The notes under the pieces were generated by a model. That model worked only from the letters and a program-made list of their open reading frames with translations. It did no database searches and was not told the DNA's origin. The position numbers and the translations under genes were made by a program. A stretch of 64,000 bases of DNA from Myxococcota bacterium (lineage in GTDB: Bacteria; Myxococcota_A; UBA9042; PHBI01; JAWLBL01): positions 160,001 to 224,000 of the forward strand of contig JAWLBL010000004.1 in the NCBI GenBank assembly GCA_041687695.1, read 5' to 3'. How positions within the stretch are numbered: the stretch's first letter is position 1; the number at the start of each line of letters is the position of its first letter. Positions 1-8,846 of this stretch are shown here, one piece after another.

Positions 1-140
1 ACCTGGGCGTTCTGCTTGGGATCGGGGCCCTTGTCGCGCGGCAGCGCGCCGCACTGGCAGGCGGACAGGCCCAGGGTGGCGGCGCCAAGGGCCAGGGCGG
101 AGGCGAGGAGACGGGCGGACGGGCGGCGTCGCGTCGACAT
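1..140 (-). CDS. Lipoprotein, N-terminal part (runs off the window edge)
   Basis: ATG at 140; MSTRRRPSARLLASALALGAATLGLSAC is a signal peptide with an LSAC lipobox; lies 5 nt downstream of the hydrolase stop. Confidence 0.6.
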   Translation of the reverse strand, partial: MSTRRRPSARLLASALALGAATLGLSACQCGALPRDKGPDPKQNAQ

Positions 141-145
141 GGCGG

Positions 146-1198
146 TCAGAGGTGGCGCGCCAGGAAGTCGAAGGTGTCCCGCCACGAGCGGCGGGCCTGC
201 TCCTGCCACAGCAGCGCGTGGAAGGCGTGGAGCCCGCCCGGGTACAGGCGCACCTCGTGCGGCGTGTCCAGGCGCTCGAGGGCGGCGCCGAGGCGGCGCG
301 TGTCGTCGAGCAGCGGGTCGCGCGTGCCGGCCACGGCGAAGAAGGCGGGCAGGGGGCGATCGGGGGGCTCGCCGCGCTCGAGGATGAGCAGCGGGTCGGC
401 CAGCCCGTAGTCGCTGGCGCAGGGGCCGGGGGGCAGGTAGTGGGTGGCGCACTCGATGACGCGATCGCCGACCCAGCGGTTGAGCTGCGGGTAGCGGCGC
501 AGGATGCGGTGGGGGTCGCTGACCTGCAGCACGCCGCAGGCGGGCAGGGCGACCCGCGGCCGCAGGCCCGTGTCGAAGAGCTCGCTCGCCCAGGGCTCGG
601 GGCGTCGGTAGCTGGTGGCGATGGCGACGGCCGTGGCGAGGTTGGCCCCCGCCGACTCCCCCGCGACGATCAGCCGGTCGAGGTCGGCGCCCCAGGCGCC
701 GCCGTTGCGGGCGATCCAGGCGGCCGCGGCGCAGCTGTCGTGGGCGGCGGCCGGGAAGCGGTGCTGCGGGGCGAGGCGGTAGTTGATGTTGAAGACGACG
801 TAGCCCTGCCGCGCGAAGGCCAGGGCCATCATCCAGTGGGTCTCCTTCGACAGGATCGTGAAGGCGCCGCCGTGGATGTACAGCACCGCCGGCAGCGGGC
901 CGCGGCGGAAGGTCGGCCGGTAGATGTCGAGGCGGTGGTGGCGCGCGCCCGAGTCGGTGTAGGCGACCTCGCGGATGACCTCGACGCCGTGGCGCGCCGG
1001 GTTGGCCATCGGGTGCAGGCGGCCGGCGCGGGCCAGCTGCTCGAAGGCCTGCCGGAAGACGACGGCACCCACACGCGCGCGCAGGGGGCGGGCGCCGAGC
1101 GGGATCGCGGCGCTGGCCTCGAGGGCGCCGAGGGCGTCGCCGAGCGAGCCGTCGTGCTCTGGGGATGGGGCGTCGGGCGGGGCCATGGCTACCTCCAT
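146..1198 (-). CDS. Alpha/beta hydrolase (HSL-family esterase/lipase)
   Basis: HGGAF oxyanion motif, GESAG nucleophile, DPL and HAF catalytic motifs. Confidence 0.9.
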   Translation of the reverse strand: MEVAMAPPDAPSPEHDGSLGDALGALEASAAIPLGARPLRARVGAVVFRQAFEQLARAGRLHPMANPARHGVEVIREVAYTDSGARHHRLDIYRPTFRRGPLPAVLYIHGGAFTILSKETHWMMALAFARQGYVVFNINYRLAPQHRFPAAAHDSCAAAAWIARNGGAWGADLDRLIVAGESAGANLATAVAIATSYRRPEPWASELFDTGLRPRVALPACGVLQVSDPHRILRRYPQLNRWVGDRVIECATHYLPPGPCASDYGLADPLLILERGEPPDRPLPAFFAVAGTRDPLLDDTRRLGAALERLDTPHEVRLYPGGLHAFHALLWQEQARRSWRDTFDFLARHL

Positions 1199-1499
1199 GG
1201 AGGATGGCTTATCGCCTCGTGAGGGCCCTGTCCAATGGGGTGCAGTGGCGGCAGGGCGTCGATTCGAAAAAAGGCGACCCGCGTCCAGAGCCGCCTGGAT
1301 GGGGACACTCGGCGGTCGGGACGCGGGTCGTGGGGGGGCGGCGCTCGGCGATGTGGGGGGGGGAAATCGCTGCCGAGAACCACCAACGTCCCTCGTAACG
1401 CGGCGTGGCCAGAGCCTATTTCGCGGTATCGACGGGGAGGTGCGATCAGCGCGCGGAGGGGAGGGGAGGGCGCCGACCGCGCCGCGGGGACGTGCAGGG

Positions 1500-2444
1500 T
1501 CAGTGGGTGTGGGCGGCCGCGGCCGGGGCGAGCTGGCCGCGGGCCGTGTGGGCGCGGTCGCGGGTCAGCTGCTGGAGCTGGCGGATCAGCTCGGGGGGCG
1601 CCGCGACGACGCGCAGGTTGCCTGCGCGCAGGCGCTGCTGGACCTGGGCGAGGGTCATCGAGGTGCCGATGCACTCGTTGCTCGCGGCGGCGGGCTGGAT
1701 GTTGCCGTAGCGCTGCTGGATCTCGGCGTCGAGCGCGGCGATGCGCTCCTCGCTGGCCGGGTGGCTGGACAGGAAGGTGGGGACGCGGCCGCCGCCGCCC
1801 TGCATGGCGATGAGCTTGCGGAAGAAGCTGGAGAGCCCGTAGGGGTTGTAGCCGGCGTCGTGGGCGATGCGCAGCGCGATGGAGTCGGCCTCGCGCTCGG
1901 CGTCGCGGCTGAAGCGGTTGGAGACGATGAGGTTCCAGAAGACCTGGCCGGCGTTGCGGGCGAGGCCCTCGGGCAGCAGCAGCTGGGCGATCTGCTCGGC
2001 GGCGAGCGAGCGCTCGATGGACTGGGCGCTGTGGCGCTCGGTGATGTGGGCCAGCTCGTGGCCGACGACGCCGGCGATCTCGCTGCAGGAGTCGGCCGCC
2101 ATGATGAGGCCGCTCGTGATGTACAGGTAGCCGCCCGGGGCGGCCATGGCGTTGACGTTCTGGTTGTCGATCAGCACCCGGACCTTGTAGCCGCCGAACT
2201 CGGCGGGGTTGCGGAACTGGGTGGACGACTGGGCCAGGTGGCTCACCAGCTGGTTGGCCCAGATGGCGACCGGGTCGTCGGGGACGAGGACGTTGTATTC
2301 CTGGATCACCTGCTGATCGACGCTCTGGCCGATCTGCATCTCCTGGTCGGTCGAGACGAGCGAGCCGCCGCAGGCGGTCGCCAGCGTGCAGGTGAGGGCC
2401 AGCCCCAGCGTGGGGGCGAGGCGTCGTGAGCGTTGCGCGAACAT
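1500..2444 (-). CDS. M48-family zinc metallopeptidase lipoprotein
   Basis: C-terminal part of the long ORF; start MFAQRSRR, ATAC lipobox, NAMAAPGG, HELAH, EREAD, LSSHP. Confidence 0.9.
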   Translation of the reverse strand: MFAQRSRRLAPTLGLALTCTLATACGGSLVSTDQEMQIGQSVDQQVIQEYNVLVPDDPVAIWANQLVSHLAQSSTQFRNPAEFGGYKVRVLIDNQNVNAMAAPGGYLYITSGLIMAADSCSEIAGVVGHELAHITERHSAQSIERSLAAEQIAQLLLPEGLARNAGQVFWNLIVSNRFSRDAEREADSIALRIAHDAGYNPYGLSSFFRKLIAMQGGGGRVPTFLSSHPASEERIAALDAEIQQRYGNIQPAAASNECIGTSMTLAQVQQRLRAGNLRVVAAPPELIRQLQQLTRDRAHTARGQLAPAAAAHTH

Positions 2445-2861
2445 GGCTTCTCCGGCAGGGACAGGCCGGGCCTCGACGGCGGGGAGGCCGTCGGAGGGGA
2501 GGGGGGCCCGGCGTGATTCGGCGAGGCGCGCGCGAGAGAGGGGGATGGAGACCCGGGCGGGGGGAGGGCGGCGCGCCTGACGGCTGGACCCGCCACGGCA
2601 TGGGGCCGAGCGCGGGGGGCTGGTCTGGTCCTGCGGCGGTGGGGGCCCGGGGTCGAAGCCTGTGGCGCGGGGCCTGCTTCGTCCGGGGCGTCCTCGAGCC
2701 GCGCCTCGGCGACAGGGGATGCCGTCGAGACGATCTGGATGCTCGCACGGGTCGTCGGCCCAGGGTATCCCCTGGTCGTTAACGCACGGGTCAGGGGGGA
2801 GACGCCGCCGCGCGGCGCCCTGGATTGACGCCCGCGGCCGACGTGCGCAGCATGGCCCCCC

Positions 2862-3740
2862 ATGCGACCCCCTCTCGACGGAACCGTCCTCCTCACCGGC
2901 GCCTCGGCGGGCATCGGCCGCGAGCTCGCGCGCCAGCTCGCCCCGAGCGCCTCGACCCTCATCCTCGTCGCCCGCCGCGCCGACCGCCTGCGCGACCTCG
3001 CGGCCGAGCTCGAGGCCGCCCGCCCCGATCTCCGCGTCGTGGTCAAGCCCTGCGATCTCGCCGACGTCGACGACGCGCAGCGCCTTCTCGACGCCCTCGC
3101 CGCCGAGCTGCCGCCCATCGACGTCCTCATCAACAACGCCGGCCTCGGCGACGTCACCCTGTTCGACTACGCCGACTGGGCCAAGCTCGACCAGATGCTC
3201 CTGGTCAACTGCCGCGTCCTGACCCTGCTCACCCACCGCCTGCTGCCCGGCATGATCGCCCGCGGCCGCGGCGGCGTCCTCAACGTCAGCAGCGGCTTCG
3301 GCCTGACCTTCGCCCCGGGCCTGGCCGCCTACGCCGCCACCAAGCACTACGTCACGGCCCTCACCGAAGGCCTGCGCATCGAGGCCGCCGGCACCGGCGT
3401 CGTCGTCTCCCAGCTGTGCCCCGGCCCCGTCCGCACCGAGTTCATCGACGTCGCCGGCAACCCCACCGGCCAGGACATCCCCGGCTTCGTCGAGCTGACC
3501 CCCGATCGCTGCGCCCGCCTCGCCCTGCGCGGCTTCTCCCGCGGCCGCGCCCTCATCGTCCCGGGGTTCTGGATTGGCGTCCTGCTGACCGTCGGCCGCC
3601 TGACCCCGCGCCCCATCCTGCGCCTGTTCTACGCCCCCTTCGCCCGCGCCCTGCGCCGCCGCCAGGCCGCCGCCGCCCTCACCGCCCCGCCCGCCACGGC
3701 CGACGCCGACGCCGACGCCGGAAAGGCCTCGAACGGCTAA
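2862..3740 (+). CDS. Short-chain dehydrogenase/reductase
   Basis: TGASAGIG, NNAG, YAATK. Confidence 0.92.
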   Translation: MRPPLDGTVLLTGASAGIGRELARQLAPSASTLILVARRADRLRDLAAELEAARPDLRVVVKPCDLADVDDAQRLLDALAAELPPIDVLINNAGLGDVTLFDYADWAKLDQMLLVNCRVLTLLTHRLLPGMIARGRGGVLNVSSGFGLTFAPGLAAYAATKHYVTALTEGLRIEAAGTGVVVSQLCPGPVRTEFIDVAGNPTGQDIPGFVELTPDRCARLALRGFSRGRALIVPGFWIGVLLTVGRLTPRPILRLFYAPFARALRRRQAAAALTAPPATADADADAGKASNG

Positions 3741-4747
3741 CGCAGCCGCGCCGGCAACCTCGGGTGCGGCCGCCGCACGTCCAGCCGCCGGATCCCCAGC
3801 CGCCCCGCGATCCGCCGCACCTCCTCGACCTCCTCCCGCGTCACCGCCCGCCCCAGCGCGCCCTCCGCCCCCCCGGCGGCCCCGTACACGTGCTCGAACC
3901 GCGGGTCCGCCGCCTTGAACGCCGGCGCGTACTGGTCCATCACGTTCACGTACACGTCCGGCGACACCTCCTGCGCCAGCCACCGCAGGATCGCCCGCGC
4001 CTCCTCGACGTACCCGGGCATCACCAGATGCCGCACCAGCAGCCCCCGCCGCGCGATCCCGTCTCCGTCCACCACCAGATCCCCCACCTGCCGCTGCATC
4101 TCCGCCACCGCGTGCCGCGCCGCCTCCGGGTACCCCTCGGCCTTGAGCAGCCGCCGCGCCGTCTCGCGCCGCCACACCTTGAAGTCCGCCAGGTACACGT
4201 CCACCAGCCCGTCCAGCAGGGCCAGGCTCTCGGCCGCGTCGTACCCGCTGGTGTTGTAGACGATGGGCACCCGCAGCCCGCCCGCGACCGCCAGCGGCAG
4301 CGCCTCGACGATCTGCGCCACCACGTGCTCGGGCGTCACCAGGTTGATGTTGTGGCACCCGCGCGCCTGCAGCTCCAGCATCCGCGCGGCCAGCGCCTCG
4401 GGCGGCGCCCCCTCGCCCCGGGGCGCCCGCTGGCTGATCGAGAAGTTCTGGCAGAACACGCACTTGAGGTTGCAGTGCCCGAAGAAGATCGTCCCCGACC
4501 CGCGCCAGCCGCGCAGCACGTCCTCCTCGCCGAAGTGCGGGTAGGACGTCGCCACCTGCGCGTACCGCCCGGTCAGGCAGGTCGCCACCGCCCCCGCCAG
4601 CCGGTCCACCCCGCAGTCGCGCGGGCACAGCCGACAGGCCCGCAGCGCCTCCCGCGCCCGGGCCACACGCTCGTCCAGCACCCCGGCCCGCGCCGCGCGC
4701 ACCACCTTCGGCTCGAACTGCTGCGTCCCGCTCACGCCCGACCCCAT
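3737..4747 (-). CDS. Radical SAM protein (PflX-like)
   Basis: CRLCPRDC, HFGEE, GSGTIFF, CNLKCVFCQN, RHLVMPG. Confidence 0.9.
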   Translation of the reverse strand: MGSGVSGTQQFEPKVVRAARAGVLDERVARAREALRACRLCPRDCGVDRLAGAVATCLTGRYAQVATSYPHFGEEDVLRGWRGSGTIFFGHCNLKCVFCQNFSISQRAPRGEGAPPEALAARMLELQARGCHNINLVTPEHVVAQIVEALPLAVAGGLRVPIVYNTSGYDAAESLALLDGLVDVYLADFKVWRRETARRLLKAEGYPEAARHAVAEMQRQVGDLVVDGDGIARRGLLVRHLVMPGYVEEARAILRWLAQEVSPDVYVNVMDQYAPAFKAADPRFEHVYGAAGGAEGALGRAVTREEVEEVRRIAGRLGIRRLDVRRPHPRLPARLR

Positions 4748-4851
4748 GCCCCGTATTGTACCGCGCCACGCCCCCTCTTGTATGGTCGCCCGGTGATCAA
4801 GCCCGCACTCGGTTCCGCCGCGCCCCCGCCCCGCGCCCCGGCCGCCCGCCC

Positions 4852-6435
4852 ATGAGCCTCGACCAGCTGCTCGTCTGGTTCATCGGCCTCAGCATGGGCG
4901 TCATGGCCGCGCGCCTGGTCGCCTCGGGCCAGCGCCGCTCCGGCTGGCTCGTGGTCAGCCTGCTGGTCCTCGCCGTCCTCGCCGCCGGCCTCGCCCTCGC
5001 CCCCGCCTGGGCCGGCCGCCTCGCCGCCCTCCTCTGGGTGCCCCTCTTCGTCCTGCCGGCCCTCCTCTTCCGCGCCATCCAGGCCGCCGCCGCCCGCCAG
5101 CGCTACCCCCTCGCCCAGCGCCTCGCCCGCCTCGCCGCCCTCCTCCACCCGGCCGACGGCTGGCGCGAGCAGCCCCGCATCCTGGCCGCTCACGCCCTCT
5201 ACCAGCGCGGCGACGCCCCCGCCGCCCACGCCCTGCTCGCCGACCTCGCCCGCGCCCCCGGCGGCCCCGGCGAGCAGGCCCTCGTCAACCTCCTGCGCCT
5301 CGAGCGCCGCTGGGCCGAGCTGCGCGCGCTCCTCGAGCGCCACGGCGCCCCCCCGGCCGACCCCCGCGCCCTCGGCGCCTACGCCCGCGCCCTGGCCGAG
5401 CTGGGCGATCTGCCCGCCCTCCTGCGCCTGCTCGACGCCGCCACCGACCGCCTGGAGCGCGACGACCCCGAGGTCCTCCACCTCACCCGCCTCTTCCTCG
5501 CCGCCCTGACCGGCCGCCCCGACCTCGCCCTGACCCTCCTCGCCGGCCCGCTCTCCCGCTTCGGCCCGCCCGTCCGCCAGTACTGGCTCGCCCGCGCCTG
5601 GCAGGCCGCCGGCGAGGACGCCCGCGCCGGCACGCTCCTCCTCGGCCTCCTCGCCAGCCCCGACGCCATGGTCGCCGCCAGCGCCCGCGACGCCCTGGCC
5701 CAGCCCGCCCCGCGCTTGTCCCCCGCCGCCACCCCGCCGCCGCTGCTCGCCGCCATCGACCGCGCCTGGGCCGCCATCACCGCCGACCACGCCTCGCCCA
5801 CCCTGGCGCGCCCCCCGGCCGGCCGCCCGCTCGCCACGGTCGCCCTGTGCGCCCTGCTCTTCGCCGTCTTCCTGGCCGAGCTCCCCGGCGGCGCCACCGA
5901 TCCCGACAACCTCCGCGCCATGGGCGCCATGCTCGCCCCGCTCCCCCACCTCGACGGCCAGTGGTGGCGCCTGGTCACCGCCAACTTCCTTCACTTCGGC
6001 GGCCTGCACCTCGCCCTCAACGTGCTCGGCCTGTGGTACTTCGGCCGCTACCTCGAGCGCGTGGTCGGCCCCACGCGCTTCCTGACCGTCTTCTTCGCCT
6101 CGGGCATCGGCGCCATGGCCAGCTTCCTCGCCCTGTCCAGCCTCACCCACTTCGGCCACCAGATGGTGGTCGGCGCCTCGGCCTGCCTCATGGGCATCGT
6201 CGGCTTCACCGCCGTGGCCCTGTTCGCCCAGTGGCGCCGCGGCCGCTCCCGCGCCGTCCGCCGCGAGCTGGGCTCGCTGGGCGCCCTGCTCGCCCTGCAG
6301 ACCGTCTTCGACCTCACCACCCCGCAGGTCAGCTTCATCGGCCACTCCAGCGGCCTGGTGCTGGGCCTCCTGCTGGGCCTCGCCCTCTATCCCTGGCGCG
6401 CCGCCGCCCCCGCCCCCGCGGTCGCCCGCCGATGA
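4852..6435 (+). CDS. Rhomboid intramembrane serine protease with an N-terminal helical/TPR-like region
   Basis: WRLVTANFLH, HLALN, GASA, GHSSG. Confidence 0.85.
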   Translation: MSLDQLLVWFIGLSMGVMAARLVASGQRRSGWLVVSLLVLAVLAAGLALAPAWAGRLAALLWVPLFVLPALLFRAIQAAAARQRYPLAQRLARLAALLHPADGWREQPRILAAHALYQRGDAPAAHALLADLARAPGGPGEQALVNLLRLERRWAELRALLERHGAPPADPRALGAYARALAELGDLPALLRLLDAATDRLERDDPEVLHLTRLFLAALTGRPDLALTLLAGPLSRFGPPVRQYWLARAWQAAGEDARAGTLLLGLLASPDAMVAASARDALAQPAPRLSPAATPPPLLAAIDRAWAAITADHASPTLARPPAGRPLATVALCALLFAVFLAELPGGATDPDNLRAMGAMLAPLPHLDGQWWRLVTANFLHFGGLHLALNVLGLWYFGRYLERVVGPTRFLTVFFASGIGAMASFLALSSLTHFGHQMVVGASACLMGIVGFTAVALFAQWRRGRSRAVRRELGSLGALLALQTVFDLTTPQVSFIGHSSGLVLGLLLGLALYPWRAAAPAPAVARR

Positions 6436-7448
6436 GCGCGTCTCCCTCTCTCGCCGCCTGGGCCCGGCTACGCGCCCTGCTCGGCGGCCCGTCGTCACCC
6501 GCGCTGGCTGCGACCCCGGCCCCGCTCGACCAGGTCGCCCAGGCCGCCCGCCTCGGCGGCGTCGTCCGCCTGGCCCTCGCCGCCGATCCCGCCCTGGCCC
6601 CGCACCTGTCCGAGGACGCCCAGCAGCGCGCCTTCGTCGCCCTCAGCCTCGAGGCCGCCTTGGAGCGCCTCGCCGCCACCCTGCGCGCCCCAGGCCTCGC
6701 CCTCGCCCGCCCCGGCGGCTGCGCCCTGCTCAAGGGCAGCGCCACCGCCGCCCTGGTCTACCCCGACCCGCTGGCCCGCGAGCGCCGCGACCTCGATCTG
6801 CTGGTCGCCCCCGCCGACTTCCCCCGCGTCGCCGCCGCCCTCGCCGCCGCCGGCTGGACCCCCGCCGAGAGCCGAGCCTGGTGGGCCACCGCCCGCCGCC
6901 GGCACGAGCAGGCCTTTCGGCTCACCGTGGGCCGCGCCACCGTCGAGTGCGATCTGCACCGCCGCCTCAGCGCGTTCACCGCCTGGCCCATCGATCACGC
7001 GGCCCTGCTGCGCCGGGCCATCACGCCCCCGGGCGCCCTGCTGCCCGTCACCAGCCCCGAGGACACCCTGCTGCACACCGCGCTGCACGCGGTCACGGCC
7101 GGCTTCTCGGTCCCCCTGCGCGCCTGGGTCGACGTCGCCCGCCTCGCCGCCCGCCGCGATCTGGACTGGCCCGTGATCGTCACCCGCGCCCGCGCCTGGC
7201 GGCTGGCGGTCCCGCTCTGGGCCGCCCTGCAGGTCGCGACCCGCTGGCTCTCGGCCCCCGTGCCGCCCGACGTGACCCGCGATCTGGCCCCCTCGCCCGC
7301 CACGGCGCTGGCCCTGCGGCGTCTGCTCTCGGGCGACGGCGCCACGCCCCTCGGCCACCCCCGCGCCGCCCCCGCCGCCCGCCTGCTGGCCGCCGGCGGC
7401 CCCGCGACCCGCGCCCGCCTGGTCCTCGAGCGCCTGACCCACCGATAG
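6432..7448 (+). CDS. Nucleotidyltransferase family protein (NTP_transf_5-like)
   Basis: LLKG, DLDLLV and DLH motifs; ATGA overlap with the rhomboid stop. Confidence 0.75.
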   Translation: MSASPSLAAWARLRALLGGPSSPALAATPAPLDQVAQAARLGGVVRLALAADPALAPHLSEDAQQRAFVALSLEAALERLAATLRAPGLALARPGGCALLKGSATAALVYPDPLARERRDLDLLVAPADFPRVAAALAAAGWTPAESRAWWATARRRHEQAFRLTVGRATVECDLHRRLSAFTAWPIDHAALLRRAITPPGALLPVTSPEDTLLHTALHAVTAGFSVPLRAWVDVARLAARRDLDWPVIVTRARAWRLAVPLWAALQVATRWLSAPVPPDVTRDLAPSPATALALRRLLSGDGATPLGHPRAAPAARLLAAGGPATRARLVLERLTHR

Positions 7449-7506
7449 CGCCCAACACCGCCGGCCACCCCCTTGGCCGCCCCGCCCGGCGTGTTACCTT
7501 GCCCGC

Positions 7507-8235
7507 ATGTCGTCCAACTCGCCCGTCCGCGCCGCCGCCTTCTTCGATCTCGACCGCACGCTGGTGCGCTTCAACAGCGCCTACCTGTACGCGCGCTACG
7601 AGCGCCGCATGGGCCGCCTGTCGCGCCTGCAGCTGCTGCGCGCCGGGCTGTGGATGGGCCTGTACCACCTGTCGCTGGTCGACATGGCGCGCGCGTACGA
7701 GCAGGCGCTGCAGCACTACCGGGGCGAGCGCTCCGAGCACCTGGCCGCCCGCACCCGCGAGTGGTTCGAGGCCGAGGTCGGCCACCACCTGCTGCCGGGC
7801 GCCCGCGCCGCCCTCGACCACCACCGCGGCTCCGGGCACCCGCTGGTGCTGCTGACCGCCTCGTCCTGCTGGCTGGCCGAGGTGTCGAGCCGCGCCTGGG
7901 GCCTCGAGCACTGGATCGCCAACGTCTTCCCCATGGACGACGACGGCTGCCTGACCGGCGCGGTCTCCGAGCCCCTGTGTTACGGCCCGGGCAAGACGGT
8001 GCTGGCCGAGCGCTGGGCCGAGCAGCACGGCGTCGACGTGGGCCGCTCGTGGTTCTACTCGGACTCGTACTCGGACGTGCCGATGCTCGAGCGGGTCGCC
8101 CACCCGCGCGTCGTCAACCCCGACCCGCGCCTGCGCCGCCACGCCCGCCGCCGCGGCTGGCCCATCCTGGACTGGTCGGCGGCGACCGCCGCGGTCGTCG
8201 AGGCGATCGACGAGGCGGCGGTCGCAGCGCGCTGA
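7507..8235 (+). CDS. HAD-IB hydrolase (SerB-like)
   Basis: FFDLDRTL, YSDSYSD, VNPD. Confidence 0.9.
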   Translation: MSSNSPVRAAAFFDLDRTLVRFNSAYLYARYERRMGRLSRLQLLRAGLWMGLYHLSLVDMARAYEQALQHYRGERSEHLAARTREWFEAEVGHHLLPGARAALDHHRGSGHPLVLLTASSCWLAEVSSRAWGLEHWIANVFPMDDDGCLTGAVSEPLCYGPGKTVLAERWAEQHGVDVGRSWFYSDSYSDVPMLERVAHPRVVNPDPRLRRHARRRGWPILDWSAATAAVVEAIDEAAVAAR

Positions 8236-8250
8236 GCGCTCCCGCGGCCG

Positions 8251-8727
8251 TTACGGCGCGCCGGCCTCGGCCCAGGCCTTGAGCGTGGCCATCTCGTCGG
8301 CGGTCGGGCAGCCCGGGGCGCCCGGGGTGCAGGCCGGCGAAGGCATGCTGCCCTCTTCCAGGCGCTTGACGGCGCACTCGGCGAAGGTGTGGTCCGGGCA
8401 GTGGACCTTGCCGGCGGCGTCCTGGCTGGGGTCGAAGTCCTCGCTGAGGAAGCAGACCCCCGACGGGCAGCCGGTCGCCTGGTGGCAGGCCGAGCAGTAC
8501 TGGGTCAGCATCGGCAGGATGTCGTCCTTCCAGGTCGCCTCGGTCGGGCCGGCGGTGTCTTCGCCGGGGGACGTGTCGTCGGTGGTCTCGGAGGCGTCGA
8601 CCTCTTCGAAGCTCTTGGAGTCCTGTTCGGTGTCGTTGTCCTTGGCGCCGCCTTCGGCTTCGCACGCCGCGAAGGCGAGCAGCGGGACCGTCAGGGCGAG
8701 CACGAGGAGGCGTCGGGTGAGCAGCAT
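8251..8727 (-). CDS. Putative c-type cytochrome lipoprotein
   Basis: FAAC lipobox, CSACH heme motif, distal SMP (possible axial Met), acidic linker. Confidence 0.65.
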   Translation of the reverse strand: MLLTRRLLVLALTVPLLAFAACEAEGGAKDNDTEQDSKSFEEVDASETTDDTSPGEDTAGPTEATWKDDILPMLTQYCSACHQATGCPSGVCFLSEDFDPSQDAAGKVHCPDHTFAECAVKRLEEGSMPSPACTPGAPGCPTADEMATLKAWAEAGAP

Positions 8728-8846
8728 GCGGCGTGACCTCTTGGAGGTGGACGTGGGTAGGTGGCGCGACCCCGCGCCGCGCGAGAGGCCATTGAAGGGC
8801 GCGAAAACCCCCAGCGTCAAGCGCGCCTTGGGCGATGAGCCACCGA

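Noticed and set aside
2445..2861. ncRNA in the ~400-bp divergent intergenic region
   Set aside because: Only a weak hairpin (CCAGGG..CCCTGG); no tetraloop enrichment or recognisable motif
1500..4769. 1089-aa fusion ORF ending in the M48 peptidase (similarly 25256-29434 for gltD and 59360-61981 for the hemoglobin)
   Set aside because: The upstream parts overlap other real genes in a different frame; internal starts with a ribosome-binding site, signal peptide or stop overlap give the true genes
6432..7448. Lasso peptide/RiPP cluster suggested by the NTP_transf_5 gene (with radical SAM and RimK elsewhere)
   Set aside because: No precursor, PqqD/RRE, cyclase or B2 protease nearby; the genes are not clustered
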